This document shows, one piece after another, positions 52,026 to 63,575 of a DNA stretch of 64,000 nucleotides. Within the stretch, counting starts at the first letter, position 1; each line of letters begins with the position of its first letter. This DNA is from Gonapodya sp. JEL0774 (Eukaryota): NCBI GenBank assembly GCA_027604505.1, contig JADIIX010000009.1:124001-188000 (forward strand). Direction: 5' to 3'. The translations under genes were made by a program, and so were the position numbers. The notes beneath the pieces are model-generated. The model worked only from the letters and a program-made list of their open reading frames with translations. It did no database searches and had not been told where the DNA came from.

Positions 52026-52292
52026 TTTGTGGGTGTTTTGCGGGTCCTTGAGAGGTGTTGGTATGGGGGGAAACGGAATGGGAGCAATCGACCAGGTGAA
52101 CCGCTGGCCTTGGCTGAGCTCCCCGGCCCATCCTCGTCTAGCCCTTCCCATCTTTTCGAACCTTGCTCCGATTTCGGCGATGATTGCCAAACGACTGTCC
52201 CGAAAACGCTTTCAGGGACGTTTCAGGGACAATCTTCTTGAGCGAGCGAGGTCGACATCTTCAGGTGTTTGGCGGACGTCGACGATGAGTCA

Positions 52293-52637
52293 GGATACAA
52301 TATATATATATCCCATCAAGCCTCCATCCTTAGAGCTACTCAATAACTGCGTTGCCGTGATAGGAAGGGCGTGGCGTGAGAAACCCCGCTCTCGCAAAAT
52401 AATGGCAGCCCCAAGGATATCATCGGCACCAAACTAGGCTAGAAAAAACTCTCCCAAATACCGCCCAGTCTAGCTTGGCCACCTGCACAAGACACCTCTC
52501 ACCCAATGTGCCTCGCCGGGGCTCTTGCACAAACCACCCAGGAAGGGCGTGATTCGTGTGCAGTGGGCCACTTTGTGAAACACACACGAGTAGAGATCAA
52601 AAACAATACCAGGCTTAGTAAAGAAGAACAAGCAGAA
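52293..52637 (+). repeat. Dispersed repeat, copy 2 (~345 bp)
   Basis: Same orientation as, and colinear with, 38618-38941. The (TA)n run at the left end is expanded. Confidence 0.95.
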
Positions 52638-52649
52638 GATAGATCTGAC

Positions 52650-53273
52650 TCACCAGTGGTCTAGCAGATCCATCGCTTCGGGCACCTCCTCCTTCATCGT
52701 CCCACGTCCTTTCTTGCCACGCCCACCCAGATTCCTTGGAGATCGCCTCGACGGGGGGTTTGTCCCGAGAGACGAGACCTGTGGCAGAAAGATCAGAACG
52801 ACGAGAACCACGACTTGTCGAAGTGGTAGGACCCGCGTTGCTCTTGAGTCGTAGGTTGTGTGGAGGATTCAGAAGGTGATCATGTAAAATTGAGGGCGTT
52901 GCATTGTCGACAGATCAATAGAGAATCGTAGACAAAAACAAGGAAAAGGCCCATCTGCAGCAGGTATTCTAACTTCTGGATCTGTTTGGGAGCTGCTGGA
53001 TAAACCTCTCTTCAGCAGTTTGGAAGCTCTACTACCGCTGGTTTGCCGTTTGCGGAACGTTGTTCGACCACCAGTCCGCGCTCTTGATCCATGACCGCGC
53101 TTGCCTTGCTTCCCACTCCCACCACGACTTCCTCTCCCCGCACCACCTCCCTTGTCATTCATCATTCCCATCATTCTGAGCAACCCCACCGTCACCTCCA
53201 TTATCGTCATTGTGGTTGCTGTCGTCCTCCTCGCCGACGGTACCTTGCTGATACAGTGTGCGTGAAGAAGCAA
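52650..53273 (-). pseudogene. Possible degenerate gene fragment (acidic then Gly/Arg-rich coding-like sequence) running into repeat copy 2
   Basis: An acidic frame (GEEDDSNHNDDNGGDGG..NDE*) switches to a Gly/Arg frame (GGGAGRGSRGGSGKQGKRG). A GTGAGT donor lies at ~52653 on the minus strand. Confidence 0.3.
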
Positions 53274-53641
53274 ATTAATCCGTCAATCTTTATTCGAATA
53301 GTGAAAGATCCCCCCAGATCTGACGACATTATCGATGAGAATTGATCAAAGTACATACAAACAAAATAGAAAGTATCGTGAAGTAGTGAACTTCCATGTT
53401 GGAGAGATTGGAGGAACAGGATAATTTGTATGAGTGCTGTGGTCCGAGGGTGGGGGGGAACATCAGACGAGGATATCCATCCATCGATTGGAAGGGAGCG
53501 AGAGAGCAGCAGCACAGGTGGGAAAAGGGGAAAGAGAAGAGTCTGTGTCTGTGCGGGTCCACGTCCACGCACGTCTCAACGCTGCCCGTCCTGTCTCCTT
53601 CAGCATCTCCTGTGTTTCCCACTCCACACTCAACTCCAGCA

Positions 53642-55909
53642 ATGGTGAGAGCTCTTGAAACACCCCCAACATCACCCGCACACCCCTTTCCCTTTCCCTT
53701 CCCCTTTCATCTCATCCATCCCCCTCTCCTCACTCACCCCTCCTTCCTCCCCTCTCCAGTCTCACAGGAAGTTTGAACACCCAAGGCATGGATCGTGAGT
53801 CCTTCCTACTCCCTCTTTCTTGTACCTCCCACCCCCTTCTCCCAATACCCTCTCCTCACTCCCTCCTTCCTCCTCCGTCCCTCCCTCCTCACTCCCTCCC
53901 AGCCTCGGCTTCCTTCCCCGCAAAAGGGCCACTCGCAACCGCGGAAAGGTAAAGTCCTTCCCCAAGGACGACCCAAAGAAGCCCGTCCACTTGGTGAGTT
54001 CCTTCCCATCCCACCCCTACCACACGCGGTTGCTGCTTTGGTCTTTGGTCTGCCCACAATCGCCAATCGACATTCCAAAACTGGGAATCGGGAATCGGGG
54101 TCGGGGAATCGTCAATGAACCCATGCAACAATGGACGGACATTCCCACCGCGCAGTGTTCATCTCCCTCCGTGCTGGCCCCGTCTCACCCCTCAACCCTC
54201 TCCTCCCCCCCCCACCCCGTCCACTATCAATCACCCTAGACCGCCTTCCTCGGCTACAAGGCCGGCATGACCCACGTAGTCCGCGACTTGGACAGGCCCG
54301 GGTCCAGTGAGTAGTTGTTTGTTGTACCTTTTTGGAGTGCACCCCATCCCATCCCATCCATCCGCACCGATACCATAATACCACACTCACCACTGAACCT
54401 GAACCCGACCCATCCACTTTTCCACTTTCCCCAACCCCCAAGAAATGCACAAGAAGGAAGTCGTCGAAGCCGTCACGGTCATTGAAACCCCCCCCATGGT
54501 CGTCGTCGGCGTCGTCGGCTACGTCGAGACCCCGCGCGGTCTGCGCTCGCTCACCACGGTCTGGGCCCACAACCTGTCGGAAGAAGTCAAGCGCCGCTTC
54601 TACAAGAACTGGTACCGGTCCAAGAAAAAGGCCTTCACAAAGTACGCCAAAAAGTGGACAGAGGACGGCGGAAAACCCATCGAGCAGGAGCTCGAGAGGA
54701 TAAAGAAGTACGCCAATGTCGTCAGGGTGTTGGCACATACCCAGGTTAGGACCAAGAAGGTGGCCATTGGGCAGAAGAAGGTGAGTTTGGTCGGACCGAG
54801 GGGTCGGTTGGGGGGGGGAGGAAGGGGTCGTGTGGGGTCCGATGGAGTCGTGTGCGGTGGTGGTGAAGCCGTGCCAGGTCATGTGGGGGCCGTATTGGGC
54901 CGTATTGGACCGTGTGAGGCCCTCATGGGCCGTGTATCGGCCTGCTGGGGTGAGGCGGATTGTGTGATGCGTGGACGGTTTCTGCACGGAACTTTCCGTC
55001 GGGACAGTGTTTCTCTTTGTTCTCCTTGCGCTTTCGTCCTGTGGGATGCAAACGCTGACGCTCCTCCCCACCACACTCACACTCACTTCCCCCGCACCCG
55101 CACGCCCTCCCCCCGCAGGCCCACCTCATGGAAATCCAGCTCAACGGCGGCTCCATCTCTGACAAGGTCTCGTGGGCCCAATCCCACTTTGAGAAGGAAG
55201 TCCCCATCTCGTCCGTCTTTGAAGAAAACGAGATGATCGACGCCATCGCCATCACCAAGGGCCACGGTTTCGAAGGCGTGACCCACCGGTGGGGCACCAA
55301 GAAGCTCCCCCGCAAGACCCACAAGGGGTTACGTAAAGTGGCCTGTATCGGCGCGTGGCACCCCAGCAGGGTCACGTACACGGTCCCCCGTGCGGGTCAG
55401 AACGGCTACCACCACCGTACCGAGATGAACAAGAAGGTGTTTAGGATTGGAAAGGCGGACGATGTGAGGAACGCGTCCACGGAGTTTGATCTCACTGAGA
55501 AGACCATTACGCCGCTCGGAGGGTTCCCCCACTACGTGAGTTTTTTGCAGCGACCGAAAGGGGGGTGGGGGGTGGGGGGGGTAACGGCTACGATGGGTGC
55601 CTCTCCTGTACCACCTTCCTCGTCATGTTTTCTCACCTCAACCACGACCCCCTCCCCCCTCCCCCGCTCCCCCCCTCTCACCAGGGCATTGTCAAGAACG
55701 ACTGGGTTATGATCAAGGGTTCCTGCCCGGGCATCAAGAAGCGCGTCATTACGCTGCGCAAGTCGCTCCTCGTGCACACCAAGCGGTCGGCCCTGGAGCA
55801 GATCCAGCTCAAGTTTATCGACACATCGTCCAAGTTTGGACACGGGCGCTTCCAGACGGCGGATGAGAAGGCCGCGTTTATGGGCACCCTTAAGAAGGAC
55901 AGGGCGTAA
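53642..55909 (+). CDS. RPL3: 60S ribosomal protein L3 (uL3), multi-exon
   Basis: ATG|intron|[68 protein letters not shown] and [16 protein letters not shown]. Confidence 0.99.
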
Positions 55910-56161
55910 ATGGGGGCTTAGGGGAGCGGGGGGCGGGTGGGGTAGTGGTAAGCAGGGTTGTTGGGGAAGCGGGGGCAGGGGGTGGCTTTGTAGTTTGTTT
56001 TACGGGCAGAAATCCAATGCACATATATATAGGAAACACTTTTGGTCCCGTGTGTTGTCCGAGGAGGGCCCGTTTGCGATCAACGAACGCGGACGGACAG
56101 ACCGAGTCAGACATTAAACAAAACACAACGCAACAACACGCTCCCTTATTATTCTCATTAA

Positions 56162-59097
56162 TTATTTCGATTCGAGGCCACCCGCATACAACGCCGCAAG
56201 GTTTGGACTACTTTGAGACGCTGCTACGACGATCTCCTGCACCTTGTTGGAGATTTCCGGGGCGGAGAGGAGGGAGGTGGGGAGGGAAGGGTACACGGAG
56301 GGGAAGTGCTGCAGCGGGGGAAAGCGTTGATATCACGTGTGTCGGGAAGTTGCATGTGGGGCAGGTAAAAATGAAATCGGGGGGAAGTTCCCGACGGTAC
56401 CTTTGGTTCTTTGAACGCCGTGTGTGCGACGCACAGAGCGTGCATGAGCAAGAAGCGGACCAGAAACTGTCGCAAAAAGTCGTCCTGGAAGAAACGTCGG
56501 AAGGATTTATCTACCGACAACGAAAACGGAGAGGGTATTTTCTTTCAGTAATTGCGCCGTTTGTGAGCGCATGAAGCCTTCCCCCCGGCCACTCGCTCGA
56601 GCGTGCGTTCGTGGGGCCAGAGACCCACCGACGGACGCCATCTCCTTGGCAAAAACGTCGGCGATGACCGTTTCTGCGCTTGCAAAGAGGGTAAGAAGAG
56701 TATCCCACGTTTGCGGTGATGTTTCGCGGATGTCGGAAATGAAGAAGAACGCCTTGATGGGGCAGTGGAGGAAGAGGGTGAAGAGACTGCCGGTTTGGGA
56801 GGTGTCTGGAAGTGACGATTCTCGCTCAGTTCGACGGAAGAGGAGATGGACCGGGACGACGGAAAACAAAAGCTACCTTTGATAGAGGATGGGTTCTCCG
56901 TGGGAGACATGAGTGCGATCAGAGGTTGTCCAAACACCTTTGGGAATTGCTACGTGGGGGAAAAATCCGATGAGTCCAATGCACCCATCAATTCACAGTT
57001 GACGACAATGCAGCTGGCGCACTTTAAAACTGGTGCTGTTGTTGCTGTCCACGACGACAAACAAGGGCTTTCGCGTGAAGGGGACAAGGTCTCCAGGGCA
57101 CAAGGCGTTGGCAACCACCACCACGTCGGGGTTCTCCGTCTTGTCCCCCTTTCGGAAACTACTCGCCGTTGCAACGCCGCCACCGTAGCCTGGAAGAGCC
57201 AGCGACTTCGTTATTCGAAGAAGGAGTACGCAGCATGGTGTACTATAACGCACCACTTTCCGCGGTCTCTGGCTTCCCTGTACGCTTCGCCCCGTCAGCT
57301 GAGAGATAGAGTAGCATTGCCGTACTCTCATTGATTTCCTTGGCAACAGCGCACAAAGACATGTTAGTGGATGAGCCCCTCTACCTCCAAGCTCCAACAA
57401 GGTTGCCCACCTTAAAAGCAGTGGCAATGTACAACATCAACTGACTCAACGTAGGTCGATAGAGCAAGTACTTGTGCGGATTCGCCCTCGAAACTTGTGC
57501 AACCTTGCTGTCCGCGACCTCCTCTCCACCGAGACCTCCTTCCTCCTTCCCAATGGCCCCAGATGCGTGTGATGGGGTACTGGTGAGCTGGCGACCATCA
57601 TTAGCGGCGGCGTTCGAGGTTCCCGGTACCGGCGGTGGCATCCGAGAAGTTGCGGGTTCACGCTCCAATGATTGCAGCATTCGGTACATATCCAAAGTGA
57701 GCTCTGAAAACTTGATCTAATCCAGTCACGGGAGGTTGGACGCATTTACGATTATGAGGAAAAAGGTTGTGGAATGAAGACTATAAAGAGTCTCACCTGG
57801 TTTTGGTAATTGCCCACAAGAATTGCCTCCTGAAGTTTCAATTTCGGTACTTCCTTATCTGTCCGTGGACGGTCCATTTTGAGTCGGCTGGGGACTGCAA
57901 AGGAGACACCGGAAGCGTCTGATGGTGTGAGACGCTTGTCGGTCTGAACCAAACGTAAGCGGAGGGTGAACTACAATTACCGTGAACCTCTGTCATCATG
58001 GCATGGACTCACTTCTAGGAATAGAGTTATTTCGGTGATTACCACATTCCATTCCGCAGCATCGTTTGGCTTGAAGGTCTTTGTGTACTCATCCACAGAT
58101 TTGTTGAGATCTGACATAAGGTCTTTAATCTTATCGAAACGGTTCAGAAGAAGGCAGACGACTATGTAGCGCGCGTAGTAGCGGAGCTTCTTAATCATAA
58201 GGGCGGGGCTGTGTCCCAAGCACACATGATTGTTGTGAAGCTCCAATTCTCAAAACAATCGCCACCCACGTTTTCAAATCAGTGACGTTCTGGAAGTAGT
58301 TGCGCAGTTGGATGGCTTCGTAGAAGACAAAGGACTCTTGAAGGTAGTTGGTTTCGCTTGTGCGAAGGTAATAGTGATAATACAGCTCTGCGGGCATCCA
58401 CAGAAGTTAATCCATTGTTTTATCAAGCTTGCATAAATTGGTAAGCTCACGGGCAATTTTGGAAGCTATTTCGCCAATCTCCCAGCGCTTCAGGCCGTAG
58501 AACTCTCGATTCTCCAATGTTTGCCTGTCGTGCGGGCCGAGATAATAACAGCACAAAATGCCAGTTATTAGCAGCATGAATAGCGTGTCATTTGTTTATA
58601 GCTGGGCAAACTTGCCTATGGGTTTGCTGAAACTTCCACAGCTTTGTGTACACCTCGAATGTTTTCTGGAAGTATGGCGACCATTGCTGAATGCCCGAGA
58701 ATGAGAACTGCGGGTACCACAAGCACCTTTCGGAAGGTTGGAACAAGAAAACGTGTGCTCACCTTTTGGCCTCCCGTGGGTGGCAAGTCCCTTCAAACCG
58801 AAAGAGCAGTGTTGTGAGCCGTCACATGTACTTGGCATTCAATGCAGGCCATAGAACAAGTCAGCGATATTACCGTAGTCCTCCAAACATTTGCTGGCTT
58901 TTCTCCAAAAGATACTGGAACTCTGGTTTGATGTGATCGTATTGGGGAGTTCCGATTCATATGGTATGATTCAATCCAGATCCGCCACGCTTGCGTCGAG
59001 AACCAGTCCCACCTTCAGCGATTTGCCGTGGTGATGGTTGTACCAAGCTCTTCCCTTGCTCCTCTGAAATTACATTTTCGGCGTCCACATCCCCCAT
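56162..59097 (-). CDS. SCAI: SCAI (suppressor of cancer cell invasion) homolog, multi-exon
   Basis: FQYLLEKSQQMFGGLR, FSHSRAFSNGR-region WRPYFQKTFEVYTKLWKFQQTHR, YGLKRWEIGEIASKI, YYHYYLRTSETNYLQESFVFYEAI, KKLRYYARYIVVCLLLN, NPHKYLLYRPT and RKPLFVVVDSNNS. Confidence 0.93.
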
Positions 59098-59345
59098 TAT
59101 TGTGACGAGGTCGTGCAAGCCGGGGAGTTCCCAAAGCGGACAACGTTGGTCAAGTGTATGCTCTCCTCTCCAGTTCTTGTGTTTCTTGGTGAATTTCGGT
59201 GGCTTCCTGATCCAATTCAGTGGAATCCCCGTGTTTCTTTGGGGAGGGTTGTGAAGGGTTTCGGCAATGTTATCAATGAAGCCATATCTTGCATGAAATC
59301 GAAATATCAGAACAATTGTTTAATTTGAACATCACCAACCCATTT

Positions 59346-60438
59346 TTACAAGCAAATTCGGTATGTAATATAGCGACCCGCAGTTTCGGACGGTCTCACA
59401 ATCTTTACAACATCGCCCCTCTTGAGCCCATAGTAACGGGCAATAGGGTCGTTGGGAACAATACGTGGCAGTTGGGTTTCTTTCAGTCGACTGAAACAGC
59501 ATGTGTTGATTGAGTTCGGCGCTCCTCATGTGGGTTTCGGTATCGTAACGGTGTTCAACTCACTATCGTTGCAAAAGGGTCTGCTTCTCCTCCTTGGAGA
59601 GGACAGTATGCTGAGGCACAAGCGTGTGTTGAGTGATATTGACAATGAGTTCCGACTCAGCGAAGGATTCAATCTCGTATTTGCCAATGAGATTTGCGAG
59701 AGCCTAACGTGGTCATGGACACAGTTTCAGTGACGAGGAAGGGGACGGGAGAAGCAACTCGCAATAACGACCCACCCACCTTCTGAGCAGACGGGGTGAT
59801 GGAAGATTGGTAGACAATAATGGCTCTCCCCACGTTTTGGGATGCCATCACCTCGAGGTATCGCTTCACCTCCTTGATGCCAACTTTCTCCTCCGAAGGG
59901 AAGAAAACCATCAAGTCAGAGTTATCAACATCATGCCTGGCCACAATATGGAGGAGCGAGCGGCTAAAAGGGGGGAAAAAGGGCAGGTACAAACAGTGGT
60001 GGGATAGTGCAGAAGAAGGGAGACAAAGTGTTGACGAGATAAGACAAGCACCCAGTTCAGCGCATTGCAAAGTAGCCAATCAGCAACACTACAGCATGAC
60101 TCACTCGACCCTGTTCCCGTTGACCGCGTTCATCAGAACTCGAAACTCCTCCAGCGATTTGTTAATGTCGTGTTCTTGGGCAACGTACCCCTGTCGTACC
60201 ATTAGGCGTATGGTTCAGCGCACAAGAAGATAATCATGTGAGAAGCGTGCGTGCACCGGAGGGGGTGCTTACCCTGTCTCTGAGCATCTCCCAGACGGCT
60301 GGTGCGAAGACGAAGGAGAAGTGAAGGAGGGTACGGATGAGCACAGAATGTCTCGTGGAAACTGTATTCGCTTGGGTAAGACGAACTTCGGTGAATCCTG
60401 TGAAGCCTGACAGTTTCTCTCGTTTCTGGGTCGTCCAT
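59346..60438 (-). CDS. RPB5: DNA-directed RNA polymerases I/II/III shared subunit RPABC1
   Basis: [55 protein letters not shown] and [16 protein letters not shown]. Confidence 0.97.
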
Positions 60439-60553
60439 GGTCGTGATTGAACTGGGGAATAGGTGAGCGCAAAGACTGGGGACACCACGAAGCGAAGTCC
60501 GCAAAAAAGTCAAACGAGCTCCCAAAAATAAAAATTACAGATGTACAAATACT

Positions 60554-63056
60554 CTAGACGGCAATAAGAGCAAGCATTTCCGATAAAGTCTTCACGCCGG
60601 CGTTCTCGATGAGGTCCTGTTCATGGCGCGACAGACGGAAGGAAACATACATGCACGGCATGAGTCATACGAAGGTTCAACCGCCGCGTGTTCCGTGCTC
60701 GCTCGCACGTCCCGTTTCTCACCTTGTACCGCTGCTTCATTGCAAAGTCCGCCACATTTTTCACCTTGACGTCGTTCAGCACCGTACATGCAGCTGCGTT
60801 TGGGTAATCCTGCGGGGAGAAAAAGGACACGGCACACCGTTCAACACATGTCGTCGCAACACACACTTCACCTACACCTTATATGTTTTCATTTTCAACT
60901 TACCCAGTCCAACCAAAATGTCAACACCTGCTGCCCTACCCCAGTCGCCGTGAGCACCACCTTACATCCAGACCCCGCGTCCTCCACCTTCACCACCCAT
61001 CTTCCCTCCCGCTCGATCCGCCGTAGCTCCGCCTGTCGGGCCTCCCACCGCCTCACCCGGCGCACCACCTCGTTCACAACCCGCGGCATGACGTGATCAA
61101 GACGGGCCCCTCGAGGATTCCGCGAGCCGGAGCCCTCGGTCGAGGTGTGGTTGACGTCGTCGAGAATGTCGTCGAGGGGGGCGGGGAAGTCGCGGACCTG
61201 GGCGAGGGGTAGAAAGGTGAACATGGCGATGAGGGTTGATTTGGGGCCGAAGAAACGGGGATAAACGCTCTTTTCTCTTCGTAATCGCGATCGAGGTTTC
61301 GGACCGATCCACCACACACGTCCACGTACCGTCGCTTCCACGAATCTGTCCACACCCAGGCCAGCGTTGGGTCCTGCCGCGACCCTCATGTTGAGTTTCC
61401 AGTCTTTATCTGTGACGTAGGACGGAAACACGACCTCGACCGTGTTCTCGCCGTGCACGTTGACGGCCTTGATCCCCACCAGACGGGACAGGATGATATG
61501 CATTTCTTTATACCTGAGCGGAGAATAGCGCGCAAGAACATATGAGAACAAAACATTCACACACGCACTCACACAGACACACGCCAAACTACATCACAAA
61601 CGAGCTGCCGATGCCCGACTCCCCGCGTCCCTTTATCCTCTACAAACCCAGAATTATCTCCCCCTTCTCACTAACTCACTCACCAGGCCCCGAGCTCATC
61701 CACCCTCACATCCACCCCGTCCGCCGCCTCCTCCACCTTCCGCGCCTCGGCAACCGCCGCGTCTCTCTCTGCCCTGCGTGCCACGACCTGGGCCTGAACG
61801 GCGCGGTTAGCCTCGATCTGGGCGGCCAGGGCGGCCTCGAGGTCTTCGCACTCGCGGTCGAGGGCGGCGGCGGAGTTTTCGTTGGCGGCGATGCGGGATC
61901 TGAGCTCGGAGGTGAGGGCGGTCTGGGGGGTGGAGATGGGAAGGGCGAGTGGTGGGTAGAGCGGGGGAGCGGGGGAGTTGAGATAGGCGCACAGCGCAGA
62001 GAGGAATGCTCCGGGTGGTGCGAATGGGGGCCGAAATTGGAAAGTACGAGACAGAGCGACACTCACGTGTCTGGCTTCTTCCTGCGCGAGGGCCCGCTGA
62101 AGCTCCGCGGTGCCCTCTTCGATCTGCTTGCTCTGCATGGCGAGGCCGTAGAGTGTCGCGGCGTCCTTTTCGAGTTCGGTCACCCCTGGTGCAGTATGGT
62201 GGTGCGTGCGACGGGGGGATTTGTTGTGTGGGATTTTCAAATGCATTTTTAGTCGAGGGTGATAACGTGTGAGTATGTGAGCAGAGACGGCAGGGATTTG
62301 CACTGAATGATTCACCCACCTTCGTAAGCTGCTTGAGCTACCTCGAGGACTTGATTGGAGAGGTCCTGGTATTCCTTTTCGATTTCTTGTCGCTCCAATC
62401 GTGCCTCCTCCAATGCTCGTTCTTGTCCAAAATGGGTTGAGGACGTGATTCAAATCAGAGTGATGTTGTGCCCATGTCCAACGACAATGACAAGATCGTG
62501 GGGGTTCCCGGATGGCATACCTGCACTGGCCATTTCCTCGGCCGTGGGCTCGAAGACGCTTTCACTGATGATACTGCCGTAGACCGAATTTTTGGTCTCC
62601 TGCTCGACCCACAACTTGCCCAGTCGCTCGGAACGTTCCTAGCGAGCACAAGGGATGAGTGGATTGGGAATCGTTTTACATGTGCGATTCAAGCGTCTCT
62701 CGGTAAGCAGCGTGACAAGTTATCCCCTTGATAAGCACGAGCGGAGCCACGGACCTTCTGAACTGCGAGAATCTCCACGACGTGAGCTGGAGTCTGTACA
62801 CCCGGATGGACGTCCTGGAGCTGTGGAAGCTTGGCATGGAAGAAGGAAAGTGGGTTTTTTATACGGACGGGGATCTTTTGGACCTTTTCAAGCTCCCTGA
62901 GAGCAGGGATTGGAGGAATCGGGTGAGCTAGAGAAGCGGATGCGGGGTGAAGCGGCAACCTGGGACTCACGCAAAGACGTCGTCGTAAGAGAGTTTTGGT
63001 ACAGAATCGGGCATTGGAGATTGGATCAGCAGAGGTGCGGAGTCTGGAGCGGGCAT
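60554..63056 (-). CDS. Putative kinetochore protein of the Sos7/Kre28/Zwint type: coiled coil plus RWD-like C-terminus, multi-exon
   Basis: KLWVEQETKNSVYGSII resembles the Sos7 'K(L/F)xY(L/V)EQxTKE' motif. It is followed by a long coiled coil, WYKEMHIILSRLVGIK and a C-terminal LTFWLDWDYP. Recognised by motif memory only. Confidence 0.55.
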
Positions 63057-63575
63057 CAGCGGGTGCGGGTCACTGGGGGGCTGCGGAAGTGGACAAGTGC
63101 CGGATGCGAATACGCAGGCGGGGTTCTGCCGCGCACAAGCCAGGCACCAGGATACAACATCAGCACATCTGCCCAATCAATACCACTGAACAAGTGGCAA
63201 TGGTGCATCTGCTCATGTCCCCGAAGTTCTTCGATATTCTGTGCTGTCGACACCTCAACTTTACTCAAAGCTGGAGGCTTGTACATAGTAACCATTTGGA
63301 TGTGCGCGCAAACCACAGTCCAACCCTGCGGATTCACTATTCCGTATCATTCGCGCAGGCACGTTACCAAGTTCCTTGAATTCTAGTGAACCTTAAAGGC
63401 ACGTCGATTAAGAGGACCGACAACGCTTCAGTCTTCATGTCATTGTTGTGTGAGATCCGTTACATTTTACGTCTGCCAATGCCAACGGAACTGGTTACAT
63501 AACCTGTGCGCCGGGAAATGAGGAGGGGTGGCCCACTGTCATTACGTCTCACAGGCGTGTGCTTACAGTAAAATC

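Noticed and set aside
38618..52637. The two direct repeats as LTRs of one retrotransposon
   Set aside because: The 13 kb between them holds only housekeeping genes. No gag/pol, PBS/PPT or TG..CA termini are seen.
54887..54915. 10-bp tandem GGGCCGTATT repeats in an RPL3 intron
   Set aside because: A short minisatellite-like slippage product with no evidence of function.
54960..55062. Possible box C/D snoRNA in an RPL3 intron (GTGATGC ... CTGA)
   Set aside because: Box C deviates from RTGATGA, there is no convincing terminal stem, and I could not recognise an rRNA-complementary guide.
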